A stretch of DNA of 64,000 bases from Octopus vulgaris (lineage: Eukaryota). The stretch is from positions 806,001 through 870,000 of the forward strand of contig OX597817.1 in the NCBI GenBank assembly GCA_951406725.2, given 5' to 3'. Position 1 is the stretch's first letter, and the number at the start of each line of letters is the position of its first letter. Both the position numbers and the translations under genes were made by a program. Shown here in pieces: positions 44,644 to 57,903 of this stretch. The notes beneath the pieces are model-generated. The model was not told the origin of the DNA. It did not search any database and was given only the letters and a program-made list of their open reading frames with translations.

Positions 44644-45409
44644 TTATAAAGTATCAAAGAAATAAGAACCAGTTCACTACTACTGTCGATTTAATTGCTG
44701 CATCCCTAACCAGTTGAATGTTAAAAATCCTTATTATTATTGTTAAGACGGTGGGTGACAGAACTAGAAAAGCTGTTCGCTTAAATGCTTGTCTAACAGT
44801 ATTTAGTTACGCATTTATACATTCTGATTTAACTGCCTCTTCTGACTAAAATTTGGCTTTCGTCTTTCCAAGGGCAGGAAAAATAATTACCAATAATACA
44901 CCGAAACGTTGGGGTAAGGACAGTAGTAGAACAAGAAAACAATGATGGTGATGGGCCACTTGTGGTATTCCAAAGAAATGAGGAAGAGGATAGCTGAACT
45001 GTGAAGAGTTCCTTAATTGAAGAGTTTAATAGTTCATCAGTTGTGCTAGTATTGAGAGAGTGGCCGTGGTTGTTGTATACATATAATTTTAATTTTAATG
45101 TTGAGGGTTCTTTAGTTCAGTAATATATCTTTCTAGGGAGTTAACGGGGATTTTCTTTTTATTTATTTTAGTTCATTGTTCTTATTTTGTGAAGAAACCT
45201 AACTTCAACCAACTTTTTACGTATCAATTTTTAAACACTATTTTCCAAGTAGGGGGTGCAATATTGAATTTTGTGCTCCCCACAAAATTTTAGGGGTGCA
45301 ACCCTAGCACCCCCTGTTCCCAGACAAATGTATATAGACTTCACTCCTTGCTGTCTCACAACTGTTACCCTCTGCTTAAATAACTTAAGGATTTTATATT
45401 TTTCAAAGA

Positions 45410-45785
45410 ACGATCTACTGGTTGAGGGTCTCTAAGAACGTTCGTCAATATCGACATTTTTTCGGTCATCTTGGAAACATCTGAACCACCCGTACTCTTG
45501 TGTGCGGCTCATACACTCCTCTCCATACACTTTCTGCAACTTTGCATCGGCCTCTGAGCAGGTATCGCCACGACAACTTTCTCTGTCATGGTCAATGTGA
45601 TGATCACATGCTACACACTTTCCTTCCAAGCACTGCTGTAAACAGCGGAAGTGAGCTAGAACATTAAAACTTAGTGCACATGCACAGCAGAGTTCAAGGT
45701 CAATTTGTGCCAAGCAGCTTGACTCTGCGTGCTTTAGTTTCGTTACTATGGCAACAGCCCAGATACTTATTGATCAGACCTCGTA
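45410..45785 (-). mobile_element. Mariner transposon remnant (N-terminal HTH plus TIR)
   Basis: SEADAKLQKVYGEECMSRTQEYGWFRCFQDDRKNVDIDERS*RPS; TIR-like tacgaggtctgatcaataagtatc on the minus strand at 45762-45785. Confidence 0.8.
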
Positions 45786-45928
45786 TATGGTAAAGTACAG
45801 GATCTATGTGAACTGTTGAGTGTCTGAATTGACAAGTAATCTAGCGTAGAGTTCACAGAATGATGATAAATTCGGATGTTAGCGTTTTCAAGCACCTTGG
45901 ATCAAAGAAGAAGAAGAAGAAGAAGAAG

Positions 45929-45959
<31 letters not shown>

Positions 45960-46253
45960 CTTGTGTTTCTTTGATAAATAATATGTCCTCCGTACACAGA
46001 TAAATAATCTGAAAATTAAACGATGTCGAAATCAATCATACAGTCTCCATAATCACCACCACCACCACCACCCACCACCACCACCACCACCATGTTTATT
46101 ATGTTACACAAAAGAATCTATTTGTTTTACTTCATTGTTTTAGAACTCCGCCCATTCTCCTCCTCTTCTTCCTCTTCACCATCCTCGTCATCAATAGCAG
46201 TTATAATAATAAAGTTTACTTAATGGCTTTACAGGAGTTAATTAAGTGTAAAG

Positions 46254-46315
<62 letters not shown>

Positions 46316-46944
46316 CAGAGACAGAGAAAGACAGAGAAGAAAGTTGGGAGAAAGAGAAAGAGAGAGAAGAAAGGTGGGAGAAAGAGAAAGAGAGAAACAT
46401 TTACGATGTTAAAGGTGTAGAGACTGCGTGCGCACGCATGTGTATCGGGAAAAAGAAAAGTATTACGAGAGATATGGAAAAATTGATTACGAAGATTTAT
46501 CCATTGGACAAGTAACATCTCTTATGTCAGTCTCCAGAAGGTTGGTGTTCGTTGGATTTCTTTCTGTTTTTTCCGTAGCTTTCAATTGCAATTCACTTGT
46601 GGTGGAATACGATAATCACACACACACACGCACGCACACACACATACTCACGCACGCACACGCACGCACACACACGCACGCACACACACGCACGCACGCA
46701 CACACAACTACCCAAACCCCCCTCGCACACACGCATCTAAGCCCAACACACAAACATTTTCCTAAGTGTGCACAAATACGAAACCTTATAACTAAAACAC
46801 TGTTTTCCTTAAAAAAGCACCCAAGCTTCTAAAATCGTTGTGACCTGGAATGTATTCAGGACCACAAGGCAGTGATGTTAGACTGAGAAGTGTGGCGGGT
46901 GGACCTTGTTGCCGCGACCCGGGTTGGAATCCAACCATAGTAAA

Positions 46945-48148
46945 TCAAATAACACAATACAACAGAAACATTTTGGAATTCCCACCATAACATATGACAG
47001 GGACATTGGAATGATACTTAAAAGATAACCCCAATACATGTTCTTGCCAATCTCGAATTACACACGCGATAAAGCAGATTGGAGAATATAACATACATAA
47101 AAGGCCAAGTCGCCAATACAGAGATAGCACGAACGACACTTAAATGCAATTAAGGTAACAGGACTCACTTGAAATGCAGGTATTCGAAGCAAAAACAGCA
47201 TAATAAACATACATATCTCACCCGAAACTTCCCAACAAGCTGCAAACTCAACTACGAGATATCATATCAATGAGAAAGCATTCAATGCACACAATATGTA
47301 CTGGTTCCAAAATATTACTGATATCTCAAAAGGTGTTATGTTTATAAATACACCCTCTTCCTTTTCTAAATAAACCTCATCAATTCATCCAAATATCTCA
47401 CCAAGCAAACGATATTACTTTTGTTTTGCTCCACGCGCCACATTCCTTTCCCCACATGTAACTAGCCTACCCACATAACAAGCAATTTCGTCAACTCGAC
47501 TCTGTTCACCTGTCTACCATCATTCCATTACACAAAAATATATGAACAAAAAAAACTAAAAAAAACTATAAAAAAAGGCGTTCTCAAACTTGATAAAACG
47601 CTACAGAGTCCTTTTCTTCTGGTAGTCACTCGAGTCTGTGACAGACGATCCGCTATTTATTGTCACAACCTGCACCGATGATTTGTTTACAGTGATTAGA
47701 TGTTTGTGACGTGCATGAGCTCACTCCCCCTATCAACGTATTAAGTTTAAAGATTTAGTTAACAGAATATATTCAATAAGACAAGTCATGTTTTTATTTT
47801 AAGATATATTGTTGAATTTTGTTCGATTTTTTTAATTGTAAAATTACGTATTTTTATATATATTTATCTTTTCTTATAAGATAATATACGTACATTTATT
47901 TGATTAATTTATTGTTTTTATCTTAGACCTGATGAGTGACTATATTTAAATTGAATTGATTTTATTGTTATCAATTTGAAAATACAGCCACGAAACATGT
48001 GTAGTCTATTTACTAGTTATATACTATTTATTTATTATTTAGTACTCTATTTAGTTTTAGGTAAATGTTTTATCGTGTGTTTAATTTTTTCTATATGGTA
48101 TGATTTAAGTATATCACTGTTGAATTGCTTCATGGTGGTTCTTCTCTA

Positions 48149-48150
<2 letters not shown>
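46945..48150 (+). mobile_element. Decayed Penelope-like element (GIY-YIG remnant and 3' tail)
   Basis: Remnants acatgttcttgccaatctcg (TCSCQSR), gcaggtattcgaagca (QVFEA), aagctgcaaac; AT-rich tail with a hammerhead, ending at (TA)n. Confidence 0.5.
47924..48008 (+). ncRNA. Type I hammerhead ribozyme with intact core and extended stem II
   Basis: TAGAC CTGATGA gtg-[50 nt]-cac GAAA catgtg TA GTCTA; perfect 5-bp stem I, all core nucleotides, GUA cleavage triplet after 48003. Confidence 0.85.
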
Positions 48151-48194
<44 letters not shown>

Positions 48195-48198
<4 letters not shown>

Positions 48199-49438
48199 TA
48201 CATGACAAAAGTAAATAGACACCCTTATAATCATTAAAATTTATTTGAATCTGAAATTATACATTCAAATTATTTATTAATTGTAATGTGAATATCTAAT
48301 ATTTAGTACACGTGCCCTTTGCCTTTTTCAATCCAAGGACCCTCCCTATTAGGCATGTTTACTGTTCAGATGACGAATATTCTCTAGGGGAATTTCTTGC
48401 CAAGTTTCATGCAATAATCTCAAAAGATCCGGCTTCGAGGATGCTTTCTTGTTCTTTTTATGAAATGTCCTGTTCATTACGCCCCAGAGGTGTTCAATAG
48501 GGTTCATATCTGGTGACTGGCTTGGCTATGGAAGTTTTTTAATGCCATTCTTTTTCAACCAATTTTGGCTCTTTTTAGCCGTGTGACAAGGAGTCCCATC
48601 TTCCATAAATAAAGAGTCTTTTTTTATCATTTCACCATTGGAGAAGATTAGAAGGAGTCCTTTCTGCAATATGGACACATTTATCTGAGTTTATCTTTCC
48701 ATCATACTCCATCAGCTATGATTGATCATTGCTCCAAGTTGCTCCCCAGACAATCATAGAATAGCTGCCTTGTTCCATTGTTGGCTGCAATCTTTTTGCC
48801 AAATTCTTGATCACGGTGTATCCACCCCCACACTCGACCCTTGTCAGAAAATACAGGAAATCTGGACTCATCACAGAATATGACAATGTCCCAAAATGCT
48901 AGTGGCCACTCCATCATCTCACAAGCCAAAATCTTTTGTCCACTTGATATCGGCTGGTTGAAGAAGTGGCTTCCTTCCTGCTGCTCTACCATAGTAGCCA
49001 AGTTTGTGGAGACACCTGACAGCTGTTCTGAGATTGACATCAACTTGTTCTGCTACGTCAGAGGCCTTGCGATGAGGATTATCCTCTACACTTAACAAAG
49101 TAAAGGGTCCTGTCAGAGGGCCCTGGTCGACCTGGGCAAGGTGAAGTGGATTTCTTCTCCTGTCTGGTGAATTGCATAATCACCCTATTAACTGTAGAAA
49201 GCGGGATCCCAAGGTTTTCTGTGACTTTACGCAAAGTCCACCTTCAGAATGATCTACAACCACGGCCTGTTTGAAATTTGTACAGCTCCAAGGCATCATT
49301 TGTACGCGGCACGATTAAACAGTCACCTATAGAACCTGAAACATAAAGAAATGTCCATTAATAAAAAATAAAAAAACATTTCAAGTTGAAATAAAACGAT
49401 GTTTTATGGGGTGTCTAGTTACTTCTGTCACGTCTGTG
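48195..49438 (-). mobile_element. Tc1-like transposon, decayed, with both TIRs
   Basis: TIRs catacatgacaaaagtaaatagacaccc / ggggtgtctagttacttctgtcacgtctgtg beside TA; minus strand WDIVIFCDESRF..FSDKGRVW and SQSPDMNPIEH motifs. Confidence 0.88.
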
Positions 49439-49470
<32 letters not shown>

Positions 49471-49506
49471 TGTATGTATGTATGTATGTATGTATATATA
49501 TATGTA

Positions 49507-49735
49507 CAGGGTGGCCCAAAAGTAGGCTTACAGTTATCCCGTAGGCACTTTACATTTCTATTAAAACATTTTATTATATTTAAATTTCTATCTTACAAAC
49601 TGAAAAAGGAGCTTGACAAAAATAAATTAAATTAGCATAAAATAATGGTTTCATATTCTTTTATAATTAAGATCTAAACTGTGAATGTGAAAGAGATTGT
49701 TGAATAACTGTAAACCTACTTTTGGGGCCACCCTG
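49507..49735. mobile_element. Tc1/mariner-type MITE
   Basis: TA|cagggtggcccaaaagtaggcttacagttat ... ataactgtaaacctacttttggggccaccctg|TA. Confidence 0.9.
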
Positions 49736-50177
49736 TATGCATATATGTGCGTGTGTTTGTGTGTCTGTGTCTGTGTGTGTTTGTGTGTGTGTGTGCGTGC
49801 GCGCGTACGTACGTATATACATATATAATACATATTCTATTTTCATTTGTATTAAACATTTCCCTCGGGAGACAATGCAAAATTACTGGATTACTTTACA
49901 CGCTCGATGATCATTAATAAAATATTGTTCAGAAAAAACAATCGATTGTTGTCATAACACTTGATATGTAAAAAAAAAAAAATATTATATTCGCAGAGAA
50001 AAAGGAGTCGGAAAGAGGCGTAGCTTTAAGGATTAAAATTTAGTCGTTTCTCTCGTGACCCCTAGTGTCTTATTCAAACAGAGTATATCTAGGACGAGAC
50101 CAATTGAGTTGAACTTAAAGATTATAAAGCGAAATATTTGTAGAAAGTTCTTTTTATATAATCATGATATTATTGTT

Positions 50178-50370
50178 AGCTCGCCTGGCAAAATGCTTAG
50201 TGGCATTTCGTCCGTCTTTACGTTCTGAGTTCAAATTCAGCCGAGGTCGACTTTGCTTTTCATCCTTTCGAGGTCGATAAAATAAATACCAGTTGAGCAC
50301 TGGAGTCTATGTACTCGACTTACCTCCTCCCTTGAAATTGCTGGTTTTGTACCAAAATTTGAAACTGATA
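50178..50370 (+). mobile_element. SINE family B
   Basis: ctggcaaaatgcttagtggcatttcgtccgtctttacgttctgagttcaaattc...gaaattgctggttttgtaccaaaatttgaaac. Confidence 0.8.
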
Positions 50371-50471
50371 TTATACATGCCTGTCTTACTAAAAAACCAC
50401 ATATTGACCGAATAACGTAGGTTCTTCGTTGCCCTGTCGCTCTGTTTTGGGTTAAAGTTTGTCATGCCTCA

Positions 50472-50862
50472 TCTATATATATATAAAGCTGAAGTTGTCT
50501 GTGTGTGGCAGATTTAGTAGCCTTCAACTAACACTATCTCCTCCGAGACCCTGCGGCACAAGTTGACCAAAATTGAGATTATGATAGAAGAAGGCTTGCT
50601 CTTCATTCCGTAGAAGATAAAATTCAAATCGGACCCTGTTAAGACCAAAAATTATTTACATAAAAAAAGTGATTTTTTTCTATGAAAATCCCTATTTTTA
50701 CGATTTTTTGACTGCTGTGTCGCCATTTTTCGGTGTATTTCAACCAGAAAAATGTTCACTTAAAGAGAATAAGAAGCTACATAACGCAAAATTTTTACTT
50801 TTCAAAAATTCTTATTCTAAAGGGTCGAAACAAACCCGAGCAACGCCGGGCGATACTGTTAG
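50472..50862 (+). mobile_element. Non-autonomous Helitron-like element (second subfamily)
   Basis: A|TCtatatatatataaagctgaagttg...aaacccgagcaacgccgggcgatactgTTAG|T; homologous to 20827-21245. Confidence 0.82.
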
Positions 50863-52009
50863 TCTACAAATAAAACCGGTGGCTAAGATAGCATATTGTA
50901 TTAATCGTAAATTAATACAATGGGGGCACAGTTGATTAACTCGATCTACTACTTAAAAGATACATAATAGGTACTTTGTTCACAGACGCCAGAAAGAAGA
51001 AAAGTAAAGTTGACTCCTGCAATTATTGAACTCAAAACTTTTAGGTATATGATGAGAGTAAAAGTTTCCTTCTTCATGAAAAGTATATAGTTAAGTACAT
51101 GTTAATATATTGAATATAGTGAGTTTAACATAATTTTTAATCAATCATTTTATTCTCCAAAGTGAGAAAAAAAAAGTCATTAACGTTTACCACACGTAAA
51201 GGCTATCAAAAGGAGATAACTTCAAAATATCATTAAAAGGAGGAGACATTTAAATAGGGAGTGAGTGTGACATAACGCAATATAAATGTTTTCCCCGGCT
51301 CTCTACTATTTCTGTTACCCACCCATATCTCCACCCAACATTTAATGTTAATAGCGAATAATTGTCTACTGTTACCAAGCGACATAGTAATTGGATAACC
51401 AACAGATATCGATAAAGTTCTAATTCCACCGAGAGTTTTGTAATCAACTGATTGGGTGTGGCGTACAACGAACGGACGACATTACTAAGGCTAAACAATC
51501 CAGTAAAACTTCCCGCTCACGCCATCTCGTAATGTTTTAATGACTTTGTTGTATATTTATGGAGTTTGAGTTACCAAGATGCAAGAAAATGTGAGTTTTT
51601 CGTTTTAGCAAGGATAGTTTTTAAACCTCCTAACGTTTTAATTATGGGCTGCCCAACTTCGTACATTTTATTATTTTTTTTCTTATTTAAGATGTCCTTC
51701 TAACCTCAGAATCTGAAAAAAAATTAGATGAAAAAGAGTTTTAGATTAAAAAGAAATTATAAAACTGATTCACAGCATCAGTGCTTTTTAAATAAATATA
51801 TTTCGTTTCAATTTGCAAAATATTTTGTTTAAATTTGAAAGCGTTTGTGAGACGCGTTATTTCCCGAAAAATTTAAAGAAATCATTGTTTAATAAAAATA
51901 ACAGAAAATACATTTTCTGAAAATAATAAACGGTGTTCTTTCAGTTTTAATTTATTAAATATGAAATATAATTACCAATACACGCACAAAATATATTTAC
52001 AAATTTCAA

Positions 52010-52063
<54 letters not shown>

Positions 52064-52316
52064 AACGTACAAACGCATACAAATACACACACAACACACA
52101 CACACACATACACACATACACACACAAATATACACACACACACGCAGAAACACACGCAAGGTTTGACAGATGCATTAGTTTAACGCTTTAAAATGAAAAT
52201 AATCGATTCTTCGTATTTCGGATGTTTGCACTTCATCAGAAAAATAACAGATTGGGAAAAGGTGGCAAGAACCAAAACGGAAAGCCGAAAGGAGAAAGCG
52301 GTACGAATGAGGTTTT

Positions 52317-52549
52317 CAAGGCGGTGAGCTGGCAGAAACGTTAGCACGCCGGGCGAAATGCTTAGCGGTATTTCGTCTGCGTTACGTTGTGAGTTCAAAT
52401 TCCTCCGAGGTCGACTTTGCCTTTCATCCTTTCGGGGTCGATAAATTAAGTACCAGTTACGCACTGGGGTCGATGTAATCGACTTAATACCTATGTCTGT
52501 CCTTGTTTGTCCCCTCTGTGTTTAGCCCCTTGTGGGTAATAAAGAAATA
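52317..52549 (+). mobile_element. SINE family B, young full-length copy with 17-bp TSD, inserted in a putative Penelope tail
   Basis: TSD ggtacgaatgaggtttt at 52300-52316 and 52550-52566; an eroded hammerhead (CTGATGA...GAAA) lies on the minus strand at 52210-52244. Confidence 0.92.
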
Positions 52550-53416
52550 GGTACGAATGAGGTTTTGTAGTTTTATGAAGGGTGTTAGAAAGGAAGAAGT
52601 AACAGGGTGATGGGAGATACAGGAGGGTATCCATGTGTAAAGATAGGCATAGGGTATGTGCGCGTGTGGTTTCATGAGGTGAGCGTGGGTGTGCTGATGT
52701 GCAAGTATGGGTGTGTAGTGGCGTGGGATTTTGGGGCGTGAGAGGATGGTGTGTAGGTATAATCTTATTGTATGTGTGAGAAGGGAGGCAAGGTGGAGGT
52801 AGCAGGCATGAATGTGAGGTGAAGGGGAAGGTAAGAGGAATGTGATATTTAAGAAGAAACAAAGATGGAAAAGACTATAAATAGTAAAAAGTCAAAAATA
52901 GTAAAATGATAACACTGGTGAAAGGTCAAGAGGTTATGTAATAGATATAATTTCTGGAGAGAGTAAAAGCTGATAAGGGAAGGGTTAAAAAAGAAGATAA
53001 AGACTGAAAAAGGAAAGGGGAATAAATGAATGATATGACGCTGAAAAGACAATAATTCTTTTATAGATGCATTGGAAAAAGTAAATAAAAATACAAAAAT
53101 AAAAAAGAATAAGATAATAAAAGTACGAGTGAAGAGTGGGGTTTACAAGATCCCCGCAGGGTGCTCGTCACATGCTCCACGTCTGGTGGATGAAAGGAGA
53201 AATATAGGTGTTATTTTTAGAAAAGGCTTTGTAAAAAGTCGTAATATCCGGTAATATATTTCAGAGGTGAAATAGGGAACGGAGACAAGTGTGGAAAAGT
53301 GGGAGCGAATTGGATCGACATATGGCGGAGGCAAAAGGGAACTGGTGTCGTCGACCAGCATGCGGTGGATGCAGTTTGCGTTGAGAGCGACGAAGGGAGA
53401 GATTGAAAAGTGAGTG

Positions 53417-53494
<78 letters not shown>

Positions 53495-55251
53495 TGAGTG
53501 TGAATATATTTGTGCGCGCGCGTGTTAGCGAAGGAAATAGCAGTCCAATTTGAAATCCTTAAGACATCCCAATTCTTCTTTGAAAAGATCTGAGAATTCG
53601 TCACAGAGATTGTGGCAATGTCGTTGCAGGAAAGCATAAGGCTTGTTCGAGATATTAAGGCGCGACGTTCTTACATCCTCACTCTTGTCTTGACTCTCTA
53701 CGCATCTCAGTCCAAGAGCATTATCCACAGAGATTCCCAGTGTTTGGATAGCGTTTCGTCCCACCAATTTCAGGTCAGGGATCTTAGTGACTATGTAAAG
53801 AATTGGGCTTTATTTGCCAGTCATTGGATACTTGCTTTGGCCCATAAAAGTTCCCAGCACGGGCAGGTCGTGCTTGCTAGCAGACTCATTGCGAAGTCTG
53901 ACATTATCCAGCTTCGGTTTTTCCAGTTGTTTCCAGACCAGAAATGAAACGAAATTCCCCGTAGTTGCAGTATCCAGTTACATCGTGAACTGTCGGTCTT
54001 GGATTGTGATTGGCACAACTAACCTGGAAGTATTGTCGGGAACTTCTCCGACGATTGTTTTGACAAGCTCTGCTTCCGTGATTCTCTTCACGGAAGGTTG
54101 GGAACGATGTTCCCGTTGCTGCCATTGTTTCTTCTTACAAACAGCTTCCAAATGTCCTTTCTTTTCACGAAAGTGGCATTTGACTTCTTTGTAGGGGCAG
54201 TCTGTCACAGTATGGGCCTTTCCGCATCTGTAACACTTCAACTCGGGGGTCTGTGGACTTAGACTGCTGGTGGGGTTTTTCGTTGGCCCTTGTTCTGTCT
54301 TTGCTTGATCTTATTGACAGGCCTGATCTTGGAACCGTAAACAGTTTCCTTGGCAACCTTCACCGCGTCTTCAGTCTCAATCACAACTTGGAAAGCACAG
54401 GATAAATCCAGCTCTGTGTCCTTGATCTTGCAAAGAGCTTTCAATAAAGCTTCATTGTTGACAGAACATACGAATCTCTATCCAAGAACTTACTTTTGAG
54501 GATCTATGATCGAAGGAAAGCCACAGGTAGCAGCATCTTGACGTATACGCGCTGCCAGTTCGAGGAGAGTTTCGCCTGGCTTCTGTTGCATGTCACTTCA
54601 GAATTTGAAACATTTTCGCTCAATGAAATGTCTTGGGTCGAATTGTTCTTTCATAAAGTTGACAATTTCCCGAATCGTCCGCTTGTTAATATCCCTGGAC
54701 GGACTCTGTTGAGTAGCCAGATTCGCCAGTTGTTTATAGATGGTAGCGGTTTGATTCGTCAAGAGTACTTGAGCCTTGCGCTGGTCAGGCACGGCGTTAG
54801 CCACAAACAAAAGTGCAAAATCTTAGCCAGTAATTAGGCCACAGTTCTGATGTTGAATCAATAGCAGCAAATAGTGGGATAGAGGTTGAAGGAGTTGGAA
54901 GACGGAACTTGGACTGGAATCCTTTCTAGAAACTTGAACTTGAATCAGCCTTCTCAAAGCTTCCAAGTCTTCTCTGTGCTGCCGCACTTGTACCTCCATT
55001 TGTTCTCCCTGAAGTTGAAGTTGTTGCGTGAGCAACTTTATCAGCTTTCCGCTTTGTTCCGCCATTGTTGTCAAGGTAAAAATAACTTACAGTAAAACTC
55101 CAACTATATTAGATAAAATAAAGTAAAACTCTTGACAAAATAATTTAACTGATAACAGAAGCTTATGTGCAAAACTGGTTGTTTACCTTTCAGATTATTG
55201 TATTATCAACGTCAAGGTAAAAGAAAACACTCGGCAAGGATAGTCTTTCTT

Positions 55252-55269
55252 ATCCTATCAGCGAAGCCA
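55252..55269 (-). promoter_or_regulatory. Primer-binding site, tRNA-Ser-like
   Basis: Minus strand TGGCTTCGCTGATAGGAT, 3 nt after the LTR; complement ATCCTATCAGCGAAGCCA resembles a tRNA-Ser 3' end. Confidence 0.6.
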
Positions 55270-55272
55270 ATT

Positions 55273-55531
55273 TGTTGTGCTTCTCTCGTTCACTTGCGAA
55301 AAAGAACACAGTGATACTCCAGATGGGTTTATTACCCCTCTCTCAAGCAGTGTATAACAAGAAAAGACAAAAGCAAAAGGAGAAACGCCCCTCTACCAGC
55401 TCTGCTTATATAGCGGTAAGCCATTAGAACATTCTAGAGGGTTCTACAACTTTCCATTCGATTCTATTGGACAGATTCGAATACCACCACTTTTTATTGG
55501 ACAAATTTAGATGCTAGCGATCTCCACAACA
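55273..55531 (-). repeat. 5' LTR (259 bp) of the Gypsy element
   Basis: Termini TGTTGTG...CACAACA (7-bp inverted repeat); minus-strand TATA-like tatataag and AATAAA. Confidence 0.8.
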
Positions 55532-55539
55532 GTGTAAAA

Positions 55540-56450
55540 ATATGATCAAAAGAGGAATATTCCAAGGAGTTACATTTTGCCCATTTCTATTTGTAATTAT
55601 CTCTCGTCTTTATTTTTAATAATGAAACAAATCGAATCATTTAGTCAAAAGTAACAAAGGAATCATTTATTCATGAATAAACTCAAACTTTACTCCCATG
55701 GTAAGAACTAGTTAGTTTCTTTAAAAGAATTTTCGATAGAGATACTCGTATGAATTATGGTAGTGAAAACAACAGTTGTTTTTACTACCATATTCATATG
55801 CTAATGATAAAGGGAAGGAAATGATAGTTTAAAGTAGTAATTCTTAACCGGGGTCCACATGGCCCCTGGAGGGCCACGTAAGATTTTACTGTTAGAATTG
55901 ATGTGCAATAAATTGGCTATACTTCTACAAGTCATGAATATTTCAGCCATTTTTTAAATACCATTCCAAATAAAATTTAATTATAAAAACATAATGGGAC
56001 TTTTAAAAACATCGAATGTCTATAAGAATCCAGTAGAGTAAAATATGAATGAAAGGGGTCTTTAGGCAAAAAATGGTTGAGAACCACTGATGTAGAAAAC
56101 CCATTCCCTTATGACAATAAAATAGCTGAAGGAAGGTTCTATATAATAATGATGAAGTATGGAAGAAGAATGGAAGAATGGAAGAAAAAGACTAGGAATA
56201 TCATGGAAACAAAATTATATGTGAGGAGCAGCATTAAAGGAATCAATACCCAGAGAAGAACAATACTAAGGTATTTGAGTCTAATGGATAGGTGCACTAG
56301 AAATTTGTTAAAAGCACACAACGTAATACACCTTTGGAGTAATGCTAGCACAATGTCTACATTAAAGAGGGAGAGAGAGGGAGAGAGGGGGAGAGAAAGA
56401 CTTAGCAGTCATCGTGCATGCACCACAGTGCACTTTGTACACTAATGACG
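55540..56450 (+). mobile_element. Very old Dong/R4-like RT remnant, interrupted by a hAT MITE
   Basis: IKRGIFQGVTFCPFLFVI and NHLFMNKLKLY correspond to KRGIFQGDSLSPLLF and NHLFYMDDLKL. Confidence 0.55.
55834..56089. mobile_element. hAT/Charlie-type MITE
   Basis: Left tagtaattcttaaccggggtcc, right aaaaatggttgagaaccactg (CAGTGGTTCTCAACC-type TIR). Confidence 0.7.
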
Positions 56451-56711
56451 TAATCGGGAAGATAAATGGTTATTAGAATAAAAACAGACTAATTAGAATA
56501 TTAAGTAAAGTGAAGATATCGAAAAGATGAGGCTAATGTTGCTGATTTTTGGATCATTTCTGTAATAATTAACCAAAAACTTTTTTTGGCATAAAATTAA
56601 TTAATTCATTCATTATAAAAATTTTCACTTTTTTCAGATACAGCTACAGTTAAATATAGACTTCTCAACCAATTCCATTAAATGTTCTGAAAAATATCAA
56701 ATATCGCAACA

Positions 56712-56800
56712 ATGGGCTGTTCTGCAAGTACAATTATGAAAAAAACGCCTCCTCTGGCAGCGCAAGACCAAACTCTAAAACATGGAGAACGTAGGAAAAG
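56712..56800 (+). CDS. NWD1/NWD2-like NACHT-WD40 protein, first coding exon (MGCSAS lipidation motif)
   Basis: ATG in acaATGG context; MGCSASTIMKKTPPLAAQDQTLKHGERRK; AG|gtaatt phase 2 joins in frame to acceptor aag|t at 57904. Confidence 0.7.
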
Positions 56801-57062
56801 GTAATTCGATTTTTTACTTTGGCACTACCAAGTTAATATTTTTTATGTGTTTTATTCTTTTCCTGGTTTTGGTCATTCGACTACTGCGATGCTGGGAGTT
56901 TTTAGTCTCCATTTTGGGAGACTGTCCAGGTCTCACTACTTTGTTTGGTAGTCATTTTGATCTTTATTTACCGGATGACTAAATTAACTTTGAGTTATGT
57001 CCCTTATACGAATATACGTTCGTATAATGAGTAAATACCACAAAGAATTATGACTAATTCAA

Positions 57063-57160
57063 AGTGGCTGCGTGGTAAGGAGTTTGCTTCCCAACCACAT
57101 AGTTCAGTCCCACTATCTCGTACCTTGAACAAGTGTCTTCTACTATAGCCCCGGATCAAC
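57063..57160 (+). mobile_element. SINE family A, 5' fragment
   Basis: gtggctgcgtggtaaggagtttgcttcccaaccacatagttcagtcccac...aagtgtcttctactatagcc. Confidence 0.7.
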
Positions 57161-57262
57161 TTTAGAAAAGTGTGAATGAAGTACAAAAAGCAAATAAGGA
57201 AGATGATAAAGATGATCAGATTATGTAACTTGTAGGTTAGCACTCTAAATAAGCTAGAAAAT

Positions 57263-57323
<61 letters not shown>

Positions 57324-57903
57324 GCCTGTGTTGGTACACTTTGTGATAAAGTAGATATCAACGTGGTGCTGTGGTGTGCGGCTCATGAAAAGAAGATGGA
57401 CTGGTATAAGAAGAATTGTAAAAAGGAGAGAATTATTTTATATGTGAGGGATGAACAGATGTGTAATGTATATCTTAGTGTCGTTAAGTTCTCAAAAGTT
57501 GATAGACATCTGTGAATATTGAGAAAAATATGGATGTATCCAAGAATACCCAAGTTAGTTCCACCAAATTTATAATGCAGGCAAAAGGGTTGTTGACAAA
57601 AGAAATCAAAGAAGTTTGTTTCTGAGAAGGTTAGTGATGTCGGCAGTGTAGTGGTCATCGAGTTTATGAGTGGATTATTAATTCGATGGAAATTTGCCTT
57701 CTAACATAATCTATGAATAAGCTGGCATAATTAGAGTAATTTTAGAACCTATAGACAAACTTCTAATTAGTGAGCGGAGTTGAAGAGTAAGTGGAGAGAT
57801 TCAGTGACTACCATTTCAACTAGTTTGCGTAATATAATATTGCTACTAATGAAACCAACGATATTGATTGCATTTTTTTCTTTTGAATTCTTCTTCAAAC
57901 AAG

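Larger units (their letters stand above)
53527..55531 (-). mobile_element. Ty3/Gypsy LTR retrotransposon, 3'-truncated (5' LTR, PBS, gag, zinc knuckles, protease)
   Basis: gag from ~55074 in frameshifted pieces; CYRCGKAHTVTDC..KCHFREKKGHLEAVC; protease FTM*LDTATTGNFVS; VGRNAIQTLG; breaks off at (GT)n ~53527. Confidence 0.9.

Noticed and set aside
52210-52244. Hammerhead motif as an active ribozyme
   Set aside because: CTGATGA and GAAA are present but the UH cleavage site and stems are lost; counted only as an eroded remnant, as is 40925-40959
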